64,000 bases of DNA from Candidatus Dormiibacterota bacterium (GCA_035652335.1 DASRDZ010000013.1:6154-70153), one strand, 5' to 3'. Numbered from the stretch's first letter, positions 1-9,049 are shown. Translations and numbers: made by a program. The notes: generated from the letters alone by a model not told the origin.

Positions 1-124
1 TGCGCCGCCTGCTGCGCGACATCGCCGAGCAGCGACAGCTCGGCGACACCACCACCCTCGCCGACCCGAGCATCGTCTCGGAGCTGCAGCAGCGCGCCAA
101 GGAGGAGGAATCGAAGGAACAGTG
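1..124 (+). CDS. 3' end of an upstream gene (partial CDS); product unknown
   Basis: Open frame runs off the window start and ends at TGA 122-124 (...LADPSIVSELQQRAKEEESKEQ*). GC3-rich codons. Confidence 0.35.
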
Positions 125-229
125 AATCCCCTACGCCCGCGTGCAGACGGACGCAGGTTCCATCGGAAGGGAGGTTGAGCTTCCGTTCGACAGCACCCAT
201 CCACTGCATTGGGAGGCAGCACGTCACCC

Positions 230-883
230 ATGGCAACCATGGCAACCTCGCAAACCCAGGGTACGGTTCCCGTCCAGCCCAGCGCGGAGGGACAGGCCCC
301 GTCATCGGTATCCGCCGCCGGGCTGATCGCGGACCCCGCTCCGCTGGGCCTGGCAGCCTTCGGCTTCACCACGCTGATGCTCTCCGCGGTCAACGCGGGA
401 TGGATCGGCGCCGCGGCCACCCCGGCCGTGCTGGCCATGGCCGTCGCCTTCGGCGGCTCGGCACAGCTTCTCGCCGGCATGTGGGCCTTCCGCCGCGGCA
501 ACACCTTCGCCGCCACCGCGTTCACGTCCTACGGCGCGTTCTGGATCAGCTTCTGGCTGCTGGTCACCCAGTTCCTGCCGAGCGTGATCAAGGACGGCGG
601 CGCCGGTGAGGCGGGACAGATCACCGGCCTCTACCTCTTCGGCTGGGGCCTGTTCACCGCGTACATGTTCATCGCCTCGCTGGCGGGGGCGCGTGCGGTG
701 CAGGCCGTCTTCGCACTCCTGACGCTGACCTTCTTCGGGCTCTGCATCGGCGCCTGGGGCGGCAGCGAAACCTGGAACCACATCGGCGGCTACCTGGGCA
801 TCGCCACCGCCGTGGCGGCGATGTACGCGTCGTTCGCGGATGTGACCAACGCCAGCTTCAAGCGGCGCATCCTGCCGACCTGA
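230..883 (+). CDS. satP: GPR1/FUN34/YaaH-family acetate/succinate transporter (SatP-like)
   Basis: ORF 209..883. Six TM-like hydrophobic segments and the family signature NPAPLGL ('ADPAPLGLAAFGFTT'), ~200 aa. GGGAGG 13 nt upstream of ATG 230 (a long spacing). A TTG at 209 is the alternative start. Confidence 0.75.
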   Translation: MATMATSQTQGTVPVQPSAEGQAPSSVSAAGLIADPAPLGLAAFGFTTLMLSAVNAGWIGAAATPAVLAMAVAFGGSAQLLAGMWAFRRGNTFAATAFTSYGAFWISFWLLVTQFLPSVIKDGGAGEAGQITGLYLFGWGLFTAYMFIASLAGARAVQAVFALLTLTFFGLCIGAWGGSETWNHIGGYLGIATAVAAMYASFADVTNASFKRRILPT

Positions 884-891
884 CCCAACGG

Positions 892-923
892 GGCGGCCGC
901 CGCACACTGTTGCGGCGACCGCC
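892..923 (+). terminator. GC-rich stem-loop downstream of satP (12-bp stem with 1 mismatch, 8-nt loop)
   Basis: GGCGGCCGCCGC-acactgtt-GCGGCGaCCGCC immediately after the satP stop. No T-tract, which is usual in high-GC genomes. Confidence 0.35.
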
Positions 924-940
924 TCTCGGCAGCGCGCCGG

Positions 941-1750
941 TTGCACCGGCATGTCCCGTGCCAGAATGTCGGCTCGATGCCAGCCGAGGGAAAGCACACC
1001 TCCGTCGTCGTCGTCGAGAGGCGTGACCACACTCCGGACCTGTGGTCGATCCGCGTCCGCCACGAGGAGCCCTTCCCCTTCAGCCCCGGGCAGTACGCCA
1101 CCCTCGGCGTGCCCCAGGGCGCGAAGCTGGTGGAGCGGGCCTACTCGATCGTCTCCGACCCCGAGGAGGAGACCATCGAGTTCTTCTTCGAGCTGGTCCC
1201 CGAGGGTGCGCTGACACCACTCCTCTACGAGAAGGGTGTCGGCGACGAGATCATGATGCGCAAGCGCGCCAAGGGACTGTTCGTCCTCGACAGGCGGGAG
1301 GAGCGCACCCATCACCTGCTGGTCTCCACCGTCACCGGGGTGGCGCCGTACGTCAGCATGGTGCGCACCACCAAGCGCCTGCTCGCCGCCGACGCCACGA
1401 TGCGCGCGCCGCAGGTGCTGCTCATCCAGGCGGGCAGCCGCTCCGAGGAGCTGAGCTACCTCGACGAGCTGCTCTCCCTGGACGCCGAGCTGCCCTGGCT
1501 CACCTACGTGCCCAGCGTGTCCCGCCCCTGGGAGGACCCGGAGTGGACGGGCGAGCTGGGCCGCGCCGAGGACGTGGTGCGCAAGCACGCCGACGCCTCC
1601 GGTGCGACGCCGCAGAACTCCGTCGCCTATCTCTGCGGGCACCCGGAGATGATCGCCACCGTGCGGGGCATCATGCGCCGCCGCGGGTACGACCACAAGG
1701 ACGTCCGCGAAGAGCTGTACTTCCAGCCCGGCAAACGCGCGGTCGCGTAG
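941..1750 (+). CDS. Ferredoxin–NADP+ reductase-family oxidoreductase (FAD/NAD(P)-binding)
   Basis: ORF 941..1750. FNR-fold signatures: 'FPFSPGQYATLGV' (RxYS-like FAD site 'RAYSIVS') and an NAD-binding 'LLVSTVTGVAPYVSM'. The start may instead be ATG 977. Confidence 0.7.
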   Translation: MHRHVPCQNVGSMPAEGKHTSVVVVERRDHTPDLWSIRVRHEEPFPFSPGQYATLGVPQGAKLVERAYSIVSDPEEETIEFFFELVPEGALTPLLYEKGVGDEIMMRKRAKGLFVLDRREERTHHLLVSTVTGVAPYVSMVRTTKRLLAADATMRAPQVLLIQAGSRSEELSYLDELLSLDAELPWLTYVPSVSRPWEDPEWTGELGRAEDVVRKHADASGATPQNSVAYLCGHPEMIATVRGIMRRRGYDHKDVREELYFQPGKRAVA

Positions 1751-1924
1751 GGCGCGGCGGGCTCCGGCGCGCCGCTTAACAGCCCTTCATCCAGCCGTCG
1801 GGACGCTGCTACCTGGCGCCATTGGATTGCCAGCCGGGTGTTGCGACACTGTGCACATGCGCGTGGAGGCAGGGCCGGGTTCGCCGTGCACCGCACCGCG
1901 CCAGGGGTGCAGAGGGGGTTGACC

Positions 1925-3058
1925 ATGACGGCGCTGGCGGTACCGGCACGGACCGGCTCGAAGGCCTGGTTCCGCGCCACCCATCGCGCCTGCGCTCCCG
2001 ACGACACCTGGTCACGCCTCGCCCCGCTGCTGCGCCACGCCGGCATCACCCGCGTCGCCGACGTCACCCGCCTCGACGACGTCGGCATCCCCTGCGCGCA
2101 GGCGGTGCGCCCGCAGTCGCAGAGCCTGGCGGTGACCGTCGCCGCCGGGGTGACGCCACAGCTGGCCCGGGTCGGCGCCGCCATGGCCGCGCTGGAGCTG
2201 TGGCACGCCGAACAGCTCCCGCAGCCGCCGCGCTGGGCCTCGCTCGGCGAAGTTCGTGCCAGCCTTGGCTACAACCCGGACGGCCTGGCGCTGCACGCGC
2301 CCAACCTGCTCAACGACGGCATGGTGCTCGACTGGGTGGCCGCCACCGTCCTCGCCACCGGCCGCACCACCCTGGTGCCGCGCGCCCTCGTCGAGCACGA
2401 CCTGCGCGTCCGCGAGGAGTGGGCGCCGCCCGTGTTCCTGCAGAGCCGCGACGGCCTGGCCGCCGGCAACACCCACGCCGAGGCGGTCCTGCACGGCCTC
2501 CTGGAGGTGGTCGGACGGGACTGCGTCGCCCGCGCCCACGCCGCCGGCGCCGCCCCACGCCTCGACGCCGCCAGCGTCGACGCCGACGACGCCCGGCACA
2601 TGCTCGACCGCCTCGCCGCCGCGGGCCTGCGCACCGTGATCCACGACGTCACCGGGCCCACCGAGGTGGCCGCGTTCGAGGTGACCCTGCTGGCCCCGGA
2701 CATGCCGCCGGTGCGCGCCGCCGCGTGCCACCTCGACCGCGAGGTCGCCCTCTGCCGCGCGCTCTGCGCCGCGGCACGCGAGCGCCTGGCCCGCATCACC
2801 GGCGCCCGGGACGACCTGCCCCTCGATCCCGACGCCGCGTGCATGCCCGGGCTGCAGGACGCCCCCGCGGTGCGCGCCTGGCGCGACGTCCCCACCGTGG
2901 TCAGCTCGACCTTCGCCGGCGACGTCGCCGAGGTGGCGGACCGGGTGCGGCGCAGCGGAGCGGGGCCGGTGCTGGTCGTCGACCTCTCCCGCGCCGACGT
3001 CGGCCTGCCCGTGGCGCGGGTGATCGTGCCCGGCCTGGTCGGCACGGGCATCGCCTGA
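1925..3058 (+). CDS. ycaO: YcaO-domain protein (ATP-dependent cyclodehydratase/thioamidation family, TfuA-associated type)
   Basis: Frame of ORF 1838..3058. ATG 1925 has RBS GAGGGGG 6 nt upstream. Hallmark N-terminal YcaO block 'GITRVADVTRLDDVGIPCAQAVRPQSQSLAVTVAAGVTPQLARVGAAMAALELW'. Stop TGA 3056-3058 overlaps the next gene's ATG. Confidence 0.85.
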   Translation: MTALAVPARTGSKAWFRATHRACAPDDTWSRLAPLLRHAGITRVADVTRLDDVGIPCAQAVRPQSQSLAVTVAAGVTPQLARVGAAMAALELWHAEQLPQPPRWASLGEVRASLGYNPDGLALHAPNLLNDGMVLDWVAATVLATGRTTLVPRALVEHDLRVREEWAPPVFLQSRDGLAAGNTHAEAVLHGLLEVVGRDCVARAHAAGAAPRLDAASVDADDARHMLDRLAAAGLRTVIHDVTGPTEVAAFEVTLLAPDMPPVRAAACHLDREVALCRALCAAARERLARITGARDDLPLDPDAACMPGLQDAPAVRAWRDVPTVVSSTFAGDVAEVADRVRRSGAGPVLVVDLSRADVGLPVARVIVPGLVGTGIA

Positions 3059-4641
3059 TGCCCGCCCGCATCCACGTCTTCAGCGGGCCGACGCTGACCG
3101 GCGGCGACGTCCGCGGGGTGCTGCCCGAGGCGGTGCTCCACCCCCCCGTCGCCGCCGGCGACCTGGTCGGGCTGCCCGCCGTGCCCGGTGACACCGTGGT
3201 GCTCATCGACGGCCTGATGGACCGCGGCCGGGCGGTCCGTCACAAGGAGATCCTCGGGCTGCTCGACGCCGGGGTGGAGGTCTGGGGCGCCGGCGCCCTG
3301 GGCGCGCTCCGCGCCGCCGAGCTGCACACCGCGGGGATGCGCGCCTACGGGCGGGTCGCCCGCCTGGCCATCCGCGGCGTTCTCGGCGCCGACGACGAGG
3401 TCGCCGTCGAGCACGACGGTCCCGACGGCCGCTGGTCGGCCCGCGGCGTCGCCCTCGTCGACGTGCGCGCCACCTGCCGCAGCGCCTGCCGCCGCGGGCT
3501 GATCGACCCCGAGACCGCCGACCGGCTGGTCGCCGTGGCCCGCGCCCTGCCGCACCGGCAGCGGCGCTGGGAGGAGATCCTCGGCCGCGCCGTCGAGGGC
3601 GGCCTCGACGCCGAGATGGCGTGGCGGGTCGAGCAGCTCGCCGGCGCGGGCACCGTGCGGCTCACCCGCATCGACGCGCTCGGCTGCCTGCAGGCAGTGC
3701 GGCGCCGCAGCGGCGCGCCGCCGCGCCCGCGGTCGGGGCGCCTGGTCCGGCCGGGAACCACGGCGTACGCGCAGCGCTGGGCGGTGGAGCGCTCCGGCAG
3801 CGTCGAGCACGGCGCGGGGTTCGTCTCCGGCCTGGCGGTGCTCACCTTCTGCCGCCTGCTGGGCGTCGACTATCCGGCCCTGCAGCGGCGCGTCGCCCTG
3901 CGCACCCTGGCCGCCGCGGCGCTGCCCCCGGCCCGTCCCGCCGAGCGCGAGGGGCAGGCGATGGTCCGCGAGTTCGCCGACGAGCGGCGGCTCGACCCCG
4001 GGTCGCTGGTGCTCTGGCTCACCGAGCGCGGGCTGCGGCGCGAGGAGCTGCTCGCCCATCTTCGCCGGGAGGCCGCGGTGCGTGAGTTCCTGTCGTCTCG
4101 CGGCGTGCACCCCGGCGACGAGGCGGGGACCGAGTCGGCCCTTGCCGGCGTGGTCGCCGAACACGCCCGCCGCCGCGGGTTCGTGGCCACGCGCGCGGCG
4201 CGTGGCTGGGAGCGGGCCTGGCTGTCGGCGGGGGAGCTGGAGAGCCTGGGAGCGGACGAGCGCATCGCCCGTCTCGCCGCGCGCAGCTTCCTCTGCGCGC
4301 CGGGCGTCGACTGGCGCGGGCCGCTGCTCCAGGAGCTGAAGGTGCGCGGCGTGGCCCGCGTCGCCCGGGAGGGGGTCGCCGAGGCGCTGCAGCGCTGGCG
4401 CGACGTCCAGGCGGCCGACCCGGCGCTGGCCGCCGACTGCTCCGACGCGGAGCAGATCGTGGCCTGGGCGGCGCAGCGGTGGAGCGCTCCCGAGCGGCTC
4501 GACCTGGCGCTGCTCGACCGGGGGCTGCGCAGCCGCGAGGAGCTGGTGGCGGCGGCGCCGATGTACGTCGCCCTCGACCGCTCGGTCGACACCTACCGGG
4601 ACCTGCACTGCCTGGGCAGGGCGCTGTCATCGGCGCGCTGA
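3058..4641 (+). CDS. tfuA: TfuA-like protein with a long C-terminal extension (~528 aa total)
   Basis: ATG 3058 shares a base with the ycaO stop (TGATG coupling). N-terminus 'MPARIHVFSGPTLTGGDVRGVLPEAVLHPPVAAGDL...VLIDGLMDRGRAVRHKEIL...GAGALGALRAAEL' matches the TfuA domain. The frame then stays open with GC3-rich, protein-like codons for ~330 more aa of unknown domain. Confidence 0.75.
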   Translation: MPARIHVFSGPTLTGGDVRGVLPEAVLHPPVAAGDLVGLPAVPGDTVVLIDGLMDRGRAVRHKEILGLLDAGVEVWGAGALGALRAAELHTAGMRAYGRVARLAIRGVLGADDEVAVEHDGPDGRWSARGVALVDVRATCRSACRRGLIDPETADRLVAVARALPHRQRRWEEILGRAVEGGLDAEMAWRVEQLAGAGTVRLTRIDALGCLQAVRRRSGAPPRPRSGRLVRPGTTAYAQRWAVERSGSVEHGAGFVSGLAVLTFCRLLGVDYPALQRRVALRTLAAAALPPARPAEREGQAMVREFADERRLDPGSLVLWLTERGLRREELLAHLRREAAVREFLSSRGVHPGDEAGTESALAGVVAEHARRRGFVATRAARGWERAWLSAGELESLGADERIARLAARSFLCAPGVDWRGPLLQELKVRGVARVAREGVAEALQRWRDVQAADPALAADCSDAEQIVAWAAQRWSAPERLDLALLDRGLRSREELVAAAPMYVALDRSVDTYRDLHCLGRALSSAR

Positions 4642-4656
4642 GACGCGCGCCCACGC

Positions 4657-4677
4657 GGGGGAGGCAGATCCTCCCCC
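4657..4677 (+). terminator. Perfect 8-bp stem / 5-nt loop hairpin downstream of tfuA
   Basis: GGGGGAGG-cagat-CCTCCCCC, 16 nt after the TGA at 4639-4641. Confidence 0.4.
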
Positions 4678-4803
4678 GGCCTGCCGCCTCCTCGGCGAGC
4701 TGAAGCTCGCCGGGGCGCCGCTGCGGCCCGAAAGAGCGGCGCAAACGCCAGTCCCGTCGTAGACTCGCTGCGCAGTCGAGATTTCCGTGAGAGGGGTGGA
4801 GCA

Positions 4804-7170
4804 GTGGTCCTCGTCGCCACCGTCGTGGGCGCGATCCTCGTGCTCGGCGCGGCGTTCCTCCTGCTCCGTCCCGGCGTGCTGAGCCGCGCCGCCAGCCGCC
4901 GTCGAATGGCCGCGCTGCCCGGGCAGGTCACCCGCATGGGGGTGCAGGACAACCTGGGCCAGGTGCTCGACCTGATGATCCGGGCCATGGACCGCCCAGG
5001 ATTGCGCGGCGGCGCCATCTTCCTGATCAACGAGCGCAACGAGCTCTACTTCGGGGCCCATCGCGGCTTCGTCGACGCGGAGGTGCGCGACCTGCGCCTG
5101 CCGGTGGGGCAGGGGGTGGTGGGCAGGGTGGCCGCCGAGGCCACCCCGGTGATCGTCGACGACCTCGACGCGCCCCCGGCCGGGGTCACGCTGACCAACC
5201 GGTCGGTCGGGAGCAACTCGCTGACGCGCAGCCTGATCGCCGTCCCGGTGGTGCTGGCCGGCGGGGTCATCGGCGTGCTGGAGATGGGCTGCACCCGCCC
5301 GCGCGCCTTCGACCAGCTCGACCTCGGCGTGCTGCAGAAGGTAGCCGCCTCGGTCGCCGACTCGATCGCCCAGGCCAACCCGCTGAAGCTCGCCGACGAG
5401 GTGCTCAGCCGCCGCGTCCGCGAGCTGACCAGCCTGCAGGAGGCCGCGGAGTCGCTCAACGCCTCGCTGGGGCTCGACGTGGTCCTGCGCGCGGTGGCCG
5501 ACCACGCGGCGCGCCTGCTCCACGCGCCCTACGCGGCGGTGCTCGACGTCGAGGGCGGCGTGGTGCGCAGCGCGGCGGTGCACGACGTCGACGCGCGCGT
5601 CGACACCGCGCCGGTGCTGTCGGCGGTGGCCGACTGGCTGGGCGGCCCCGACGCCGAGGCGGGACAGACCCATGCCGAGGTGCTTCCCGAGCCGCCCGAG
5701 GGCGGGCCGCCGGTCACCGACCCGCTGGCGCCGCTGCGCAGCCTGGCCATGGTGCGGCTGCAGCCGGCCACCGGCTTCGACGCCGTGCTCTGCGCCGCCT
5801 CGCCCGACCCGCGCGGCTTCGACCCGGCGCAGATGCGGCTGCTCGACGGCATCAGCCACCTGGCCAACCTGGCCATCGCCAACGCGGTGCGCTACCGGCG
5901 CCTCACCGAGGCCGCCGTCACCGACCCGCTCACCGGGCTGCTGCGGCGCTCCGAGTTCGAGCGCATCCTGGCCGAAACTCGCGGCCAGACGGTGAGCGTG
6001 CTGGCCATCGACGTCGACCATCTCAAGGACGTCAACGACGCGGGCGGGCACGAGGCCGGCGACGCCCTGCTGCAGGCCATCGCCACCACGCTGCGCCGGC
6101 GCCTCGGCGACCTCCGCACCCTGGCCCGCACCGGTGGCGACGAGTTCGCCGTGCTGCTGCCCGGCTTCGAGTCGGGCACCGCCGTGGCGGTGGCCGAGGA
6201 GCTGCGCCGCTCGGCGCACGAGGCGCCGGTGACCGAGTGGCTGCCGCGGATCAGCATCGGGCTCGGCTCGGTCGCCGCCGACGGCGATCCCCGCGCCGCC
6301 TGGGACGCCGCCATCGAGGCACTGCACCTGGCCAAGCGCTGGGGGCGCGACCGCGTCGAGACCCTGGCCGTGCAGGCACGGCTGGGGGAGCGCCGCCACA
6401 CCTGGGACGAGCTGGTGCCCCAGCTCTTCGAGGAGGGGCGCATCGAGACGGTCTACCAGCCCATCGTCCGCCTCGCCGACCGCCACCTGGTCGGCTACGA
6501 GGCGCTGGCGCGCCCGCGCGGCTTCCCCGCCGACGCCGACGTCGAGGGCCTCTTCGCCGCCGCCCGCGACGCCGGCCTGCACCGCGACCTCGACTGGGCC
6601 TGCCGGCGCGCCGCGGTGCGCCGCGCCGGCGAGCTGAGCGGCGGCGTGCCGCTCTTCCTCAACGTCGGCGTCTGGGCGCTCATCGACCCCCTCCACGACG
6701 TCGACCAGATGCTCCTCCTGCTGCGCTGGACGGGCATCTCGCCGGGCGACATGGTCCTGGAGCTGAGCGAGCGCGAGGCGGTGCACGACCTCGACCGCCT
6801 CCGCGCGGTGATGGCCGCCTACCGCGCCCACGGCTTCCGCTTCTCCATCGACGACGTCGGCGAGGGCCATTCCACCCTCGACATGCTCGCCGCCGGCGCA
6901 CCCGACTACATCAAGATCGCCCGCAGCCTGGTATCGTCCGCGGACCATCCGGGGGCGCGCGCCGCCATCAACGCGGTGGTCGCCTTCGGCAGGTCGGCGT
7001 CCTCCACGGTGGTCGCCGAAGGTGTGCAGACCGCCGAGGAGGCGGCGCGGATGGAGGCCATGGGCGTGTCGCTTGGGCAGGGGTACTGGCTGGGGCCGCC
7101 GCTGCGGCTCGACCCGCCGGACGAGCCCGAGGGCAACGTGCTCGGCCGCTCCGCCGCCGTCGCCGTTTGA
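4804..7170 (+). CDS. Membrane-anchored GAF–GAF–GGDEF–EAL signalling protein (diguanylate cyclase/phosphodiesterase)
   Basis: ORF 4804..7170 with a GTG start. N-terminal TM helix, two GAF-like regions, an intact 'GGDEF', and EAL motifs 'YQPIV…EALAR', 'DDVGEG', 'EGVQTAEE'. Confidence 0.85.
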   Translation: MVLVATVVGAILVLGAAFLLLRPGVLSRAASRRRMAALPGQVTRMGVQDNLGQVLDLMIRAMDRPGLRGGAIFLINERNELYFGAHRGFVDAEVRDLRLPVGQGVVGRVAAEATPVIVDDLDAPPAGVTLTNRSVGSNSLTRSLIAVPVVLAGGVIGVLEMGCTRPRAFDQLDLGVLQKVAASVADSIAQANPLKLADEVLSRRVRELTSLQEAAESLNASLGLDVVLRAVADHAARLLHAPYAAVLDVEGGVVRSAAVHDVDARVDTAPVLSAVADWLGGPDAEAGQTHAEVLPEPPEGGPPVTDPLAPLRSLAMVRLQPATGFDAVLCAASPDPRGFDPAQMRLLDGISHLANLAIANAVRYRRLTEAAVTDPLTGLLRRSEFERILAETRGQTVSVLAIDVDHLKDVNDAGGHEAGDALLQAIATTLRRRLGDLRTLARTGGDEFAVLLPGFESGTAVAVAEELRRSAHEAPVTEWLPRISIGLGSVAADGDPRAAWDAAIEALHLAKRWGRDRVETLAVQARLGERRHTWDELVPQLFEEGRIETVYQPIVRLADRHLVGYEALARPRGFPADADVEGLFAAARDAGLHRDLDWACRRAAVRRAGELSGGVPLFLNVGVWALIDPLHDVDQMLLLLRWTGISPGDMVLELSEREAVHDLDRLRAVMAAYRAHGFRFSIDDVGEGHSTLDMLAAGAPDYIKIARSLVSSADHPGARAAINAVVAFGRSASSTVVAEGVQTAEEAARMEAMGVSLGQGYWLGPPLRLDPPDEPEGNVLGRSAAVAV

Positions 7171-8321
7171 GGCCTCGCCTGCGTCGCGGCGCGCCCCTCT
7201 GTGCGCTGGCCGTGCTGTTCAGCGCCTGCTCCTCGGGCACCTCGCCCACGGCCACCTCGCCGCCGGCGACCGGCTCCACCACGGCCGGCACGTTGTCGCC
7301 AACCCCGACTGCAACTCCGACGCCGCTGCCCGACGTCGTCCCCCTCTCCATCTACAGCGGCGCGCCGCCCAACCTGAGCGGCGTCGATCCGTCGCAGCTG
7401 CGCCTGCTGGTGGTCACCGGCGACGTCATCCCGGCGCGCGAGACCGGGCACCTCATCCGCGTCCGCGGCGACTGGACCTATCCGCTGGCGGCCACCAAGG
7501 ACATCCTGCAGTCCGGTGACGTCACCTTCGTCAACCTCGAGTCGCCGCTGCTGCCCTCGTGCCCCGACGTCGTCACCGGCTTCACCTTCTGCGCCGACGC
7601 CCGCTTCGCCGCCGCCATGCAGGGCGCCGGCGTCGACGTCGTCAACGTGGCCAACAACCACAGCACCAACGAGGGCCAGTCGGGCCTCGACCAGACGGTG
7701 TCGGTGGTGCAGTCGCACGGCATGATGGTGAGCGGCTTCAGCCGCATCGCGGTGATGGACGTGCGCGGGCTGCGCTTCGCCTTCGTGGGCATGAACCTGG
7801 TGGGCAGCAAGCTCGACCCGGCACAGCTGCAGTCGCTCATCACCAAGGCGCGCAGCGAGGCCGACGTCGTGGTGGTGCAGTTCCACTGGGGACGCGAGTA
7901 CGAGACCTACCCGTTCTCCGCGGCCGGGATCGCCCCCGACGACCCCAAGGTGGTGGGACGGCTCGCCGTCGACGACGGCGCCGACATCGTCATCGGCAAC
8001 CATCCCCACTGCGTGCAGGGCAGCGAGATGTACAAGGGACACCTCATCACTTACGCGCACGGCAACTTCATCTTCGACCAGAACTGGAGCGTCGGCACCC
8101 AGGAGGGGGTGATCGGCAAGTACTGGTTCGCCGGCACCCGTCTCGTCGGTGTGCAGTACGTCCCGGTGCGCATCAACGCCGACGTCCAGCCGCGGCCGCT
8201 CGACCCCGCCACCGGCGAGGGCGCGCAGATCCTCGGTCGCATGCTGCGCAGCACCCAGGAGCTGGCGGGGATGAGCAAGCCCATCCTCGACGGCCCCGGG
8301 ATCGACGACGCCTGCCCCTAG
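7167..8321 (+). CDS. CapA/PgsA-family metallophosphatase-like lipoprotein (poly-gamma-glutamate-type capsule biosynthesis family)
   Basis: TTG 7167 overlaps the upstream stop (gtTTGA) and gives the lipoprotein signal MRPRLRRGAPLCALAVLFSAC (lipobox LFSAC), then a PT-rich linker and a CapA-like body ('VNVANNHSTNEGQ', 'VIGNHPHCVQG'). It sits in the 3' part of ORF 6237..8321. Confidence 0.7.
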   Translation: MRPRLRRGAPLCALAVLFSACSSGTSPTATSPPATGSTTAGTLSPTPTATPTPLPDVVPLSIYSGAPPNLSGVDPSQLRLLVVTGDVIPARETGHLIRVRGDWTYPLAATKDILQSGDVTFVNLESPLLPSCPDVVTGFTFCADARFAAAMQGAGVDVVNVANNHSTNEGQSGLDQTVSVVQSHGMMVSGFSRIAVMDVRGLRFAFVGMNLVGSKLDPAQLQSLITKARSEADVVVVQFHWGREYETYPFSAAGIAPDDPKVVGRLAVDDGADIVIGNHPHCVQGSEMYKGHLITYAHGNFIFDQNWSVGTQEGVIGKYWFAGTRLVGVQYVPVRINADVQPRPLDPATGEGAQILGRMLRSTQELAGMSKPILDGPGIDDACP

Positions 8322-8608
8322 CGGGCGGCGATGGTGCGGCCGCCGGCCGCGTGCCGCTGCGGGCGGCCAGGCAGGTCGACGCGGGGCACGTCGTGGAGCC
8401 GGCTCCAGCGCCGGCGCAGCGCGTCCTCGCGCTCCACGGCGGGCAGCGCCGACATCGCCAGGACGTCCTCGACGGCGAGGCGCTCCAGCTCGGGAACGGC
8501 GGCGACCGCCGCCTCCCACTCGACCACGATGGCCTCCGCCATGCCCTGCACCCGCGGCGGCAGGCCTTCGAGCAGCGACACGCGCAGCTCGGCGTCGATT
8601 GCGTTCAT
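8318..8608 (-). CDS. Hypothetical protein (96 aa)
   Basis: ORF 8318..8608 on the minus strand. GGGAGGG RBS 6-8 nt upstream of the ATG and GC3-rich codons. Its stop overlaps the stop of the convergent capA-like gene. Confidence 0.4.
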   Translation of the reverse strand: MNAIDAELRVSLLEGLPPRVQGMAEAIVVEWEAAVAAVPELERLAVEDVLAMSALPAVEREDALRRRWSRLHDVPRVDLPGRPQRHAAGGRTIAAR

Positions 8609-9049
8609 CGGATCAACCCTCCCAGCCCCTGCAAGAGAAGACTACCGCGATGTCACCTTTCCTGCGACTCCCGCGCCGGTCGGCGCGCTCGGCGCGAGCA
8701 GCACGGCGGCGGTCCCCGAGGCCGCGTGGGCGGGCTCGTTGAGCTCGACGGGCCCGCGTGAGGCGCCGACCGTGCCGGCGGCGGCCATCAGCGCGGCCGA
8801 GAGGACCAGCGTCTGCAGCGCCCCGCGGAGGCCGTGCCGGGCGGCCGCTCGGGCGGGGGTGCCGGGGGCGAGCAGGCGGGTCCGCCGCCGCGGGACCGAG
8901 CCGGGCCAGGGGAGTGCTCTGGTGGAAGCAATTGCGTCAATCATCAACAACGCTTGCCGATTTCTTGATAGCGTTGATGACATATAACACGCTCGGGCGT
9001 GCTGGACGCAACCCTCGGCCCCCCGCTCCGGCGCCGGATCTCCCCGTCC

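Noticed and set aside
302-1696. 464-aa minus-strand ORF antisense to satP/FNR, and similar long antisense ORFs (2269..4608, 4627..6948, 6906..8519, 19040..20782, 20862..24710, 25329..27989, 35602..38631, 60274..63423 and others)
   Set aside because: They are Arg/Gly/Pro/Ala-rich low-complexity translations typical of non-coding frames in ~72% GC DNA. Each overlaps a sense gene that has recognisable domains.
1822-4641. Single 939-aa ORF spanning ycaO and tfuA
   Set aside because: It is an artefact of an open upstream frame. ycaO is in a different frame and ends at 3058; the in-frame tfuA begins at ATG 3058.
8642-8983. 113-aa minus-strand ORF starting in the AT-rich island, and the 218-aa plus ORF 8331..8987
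   Set aside because: The first ~20 codons of the minus ORF use AT-ending codons unlike every confident gene here. There is no RBS or domain. The ...SAPTG C-terminus is not a true LPXTG/LAXTG sorting signal, as it has no TM or charged tail. The plus ORF is an Arg-rich antisense artefact.
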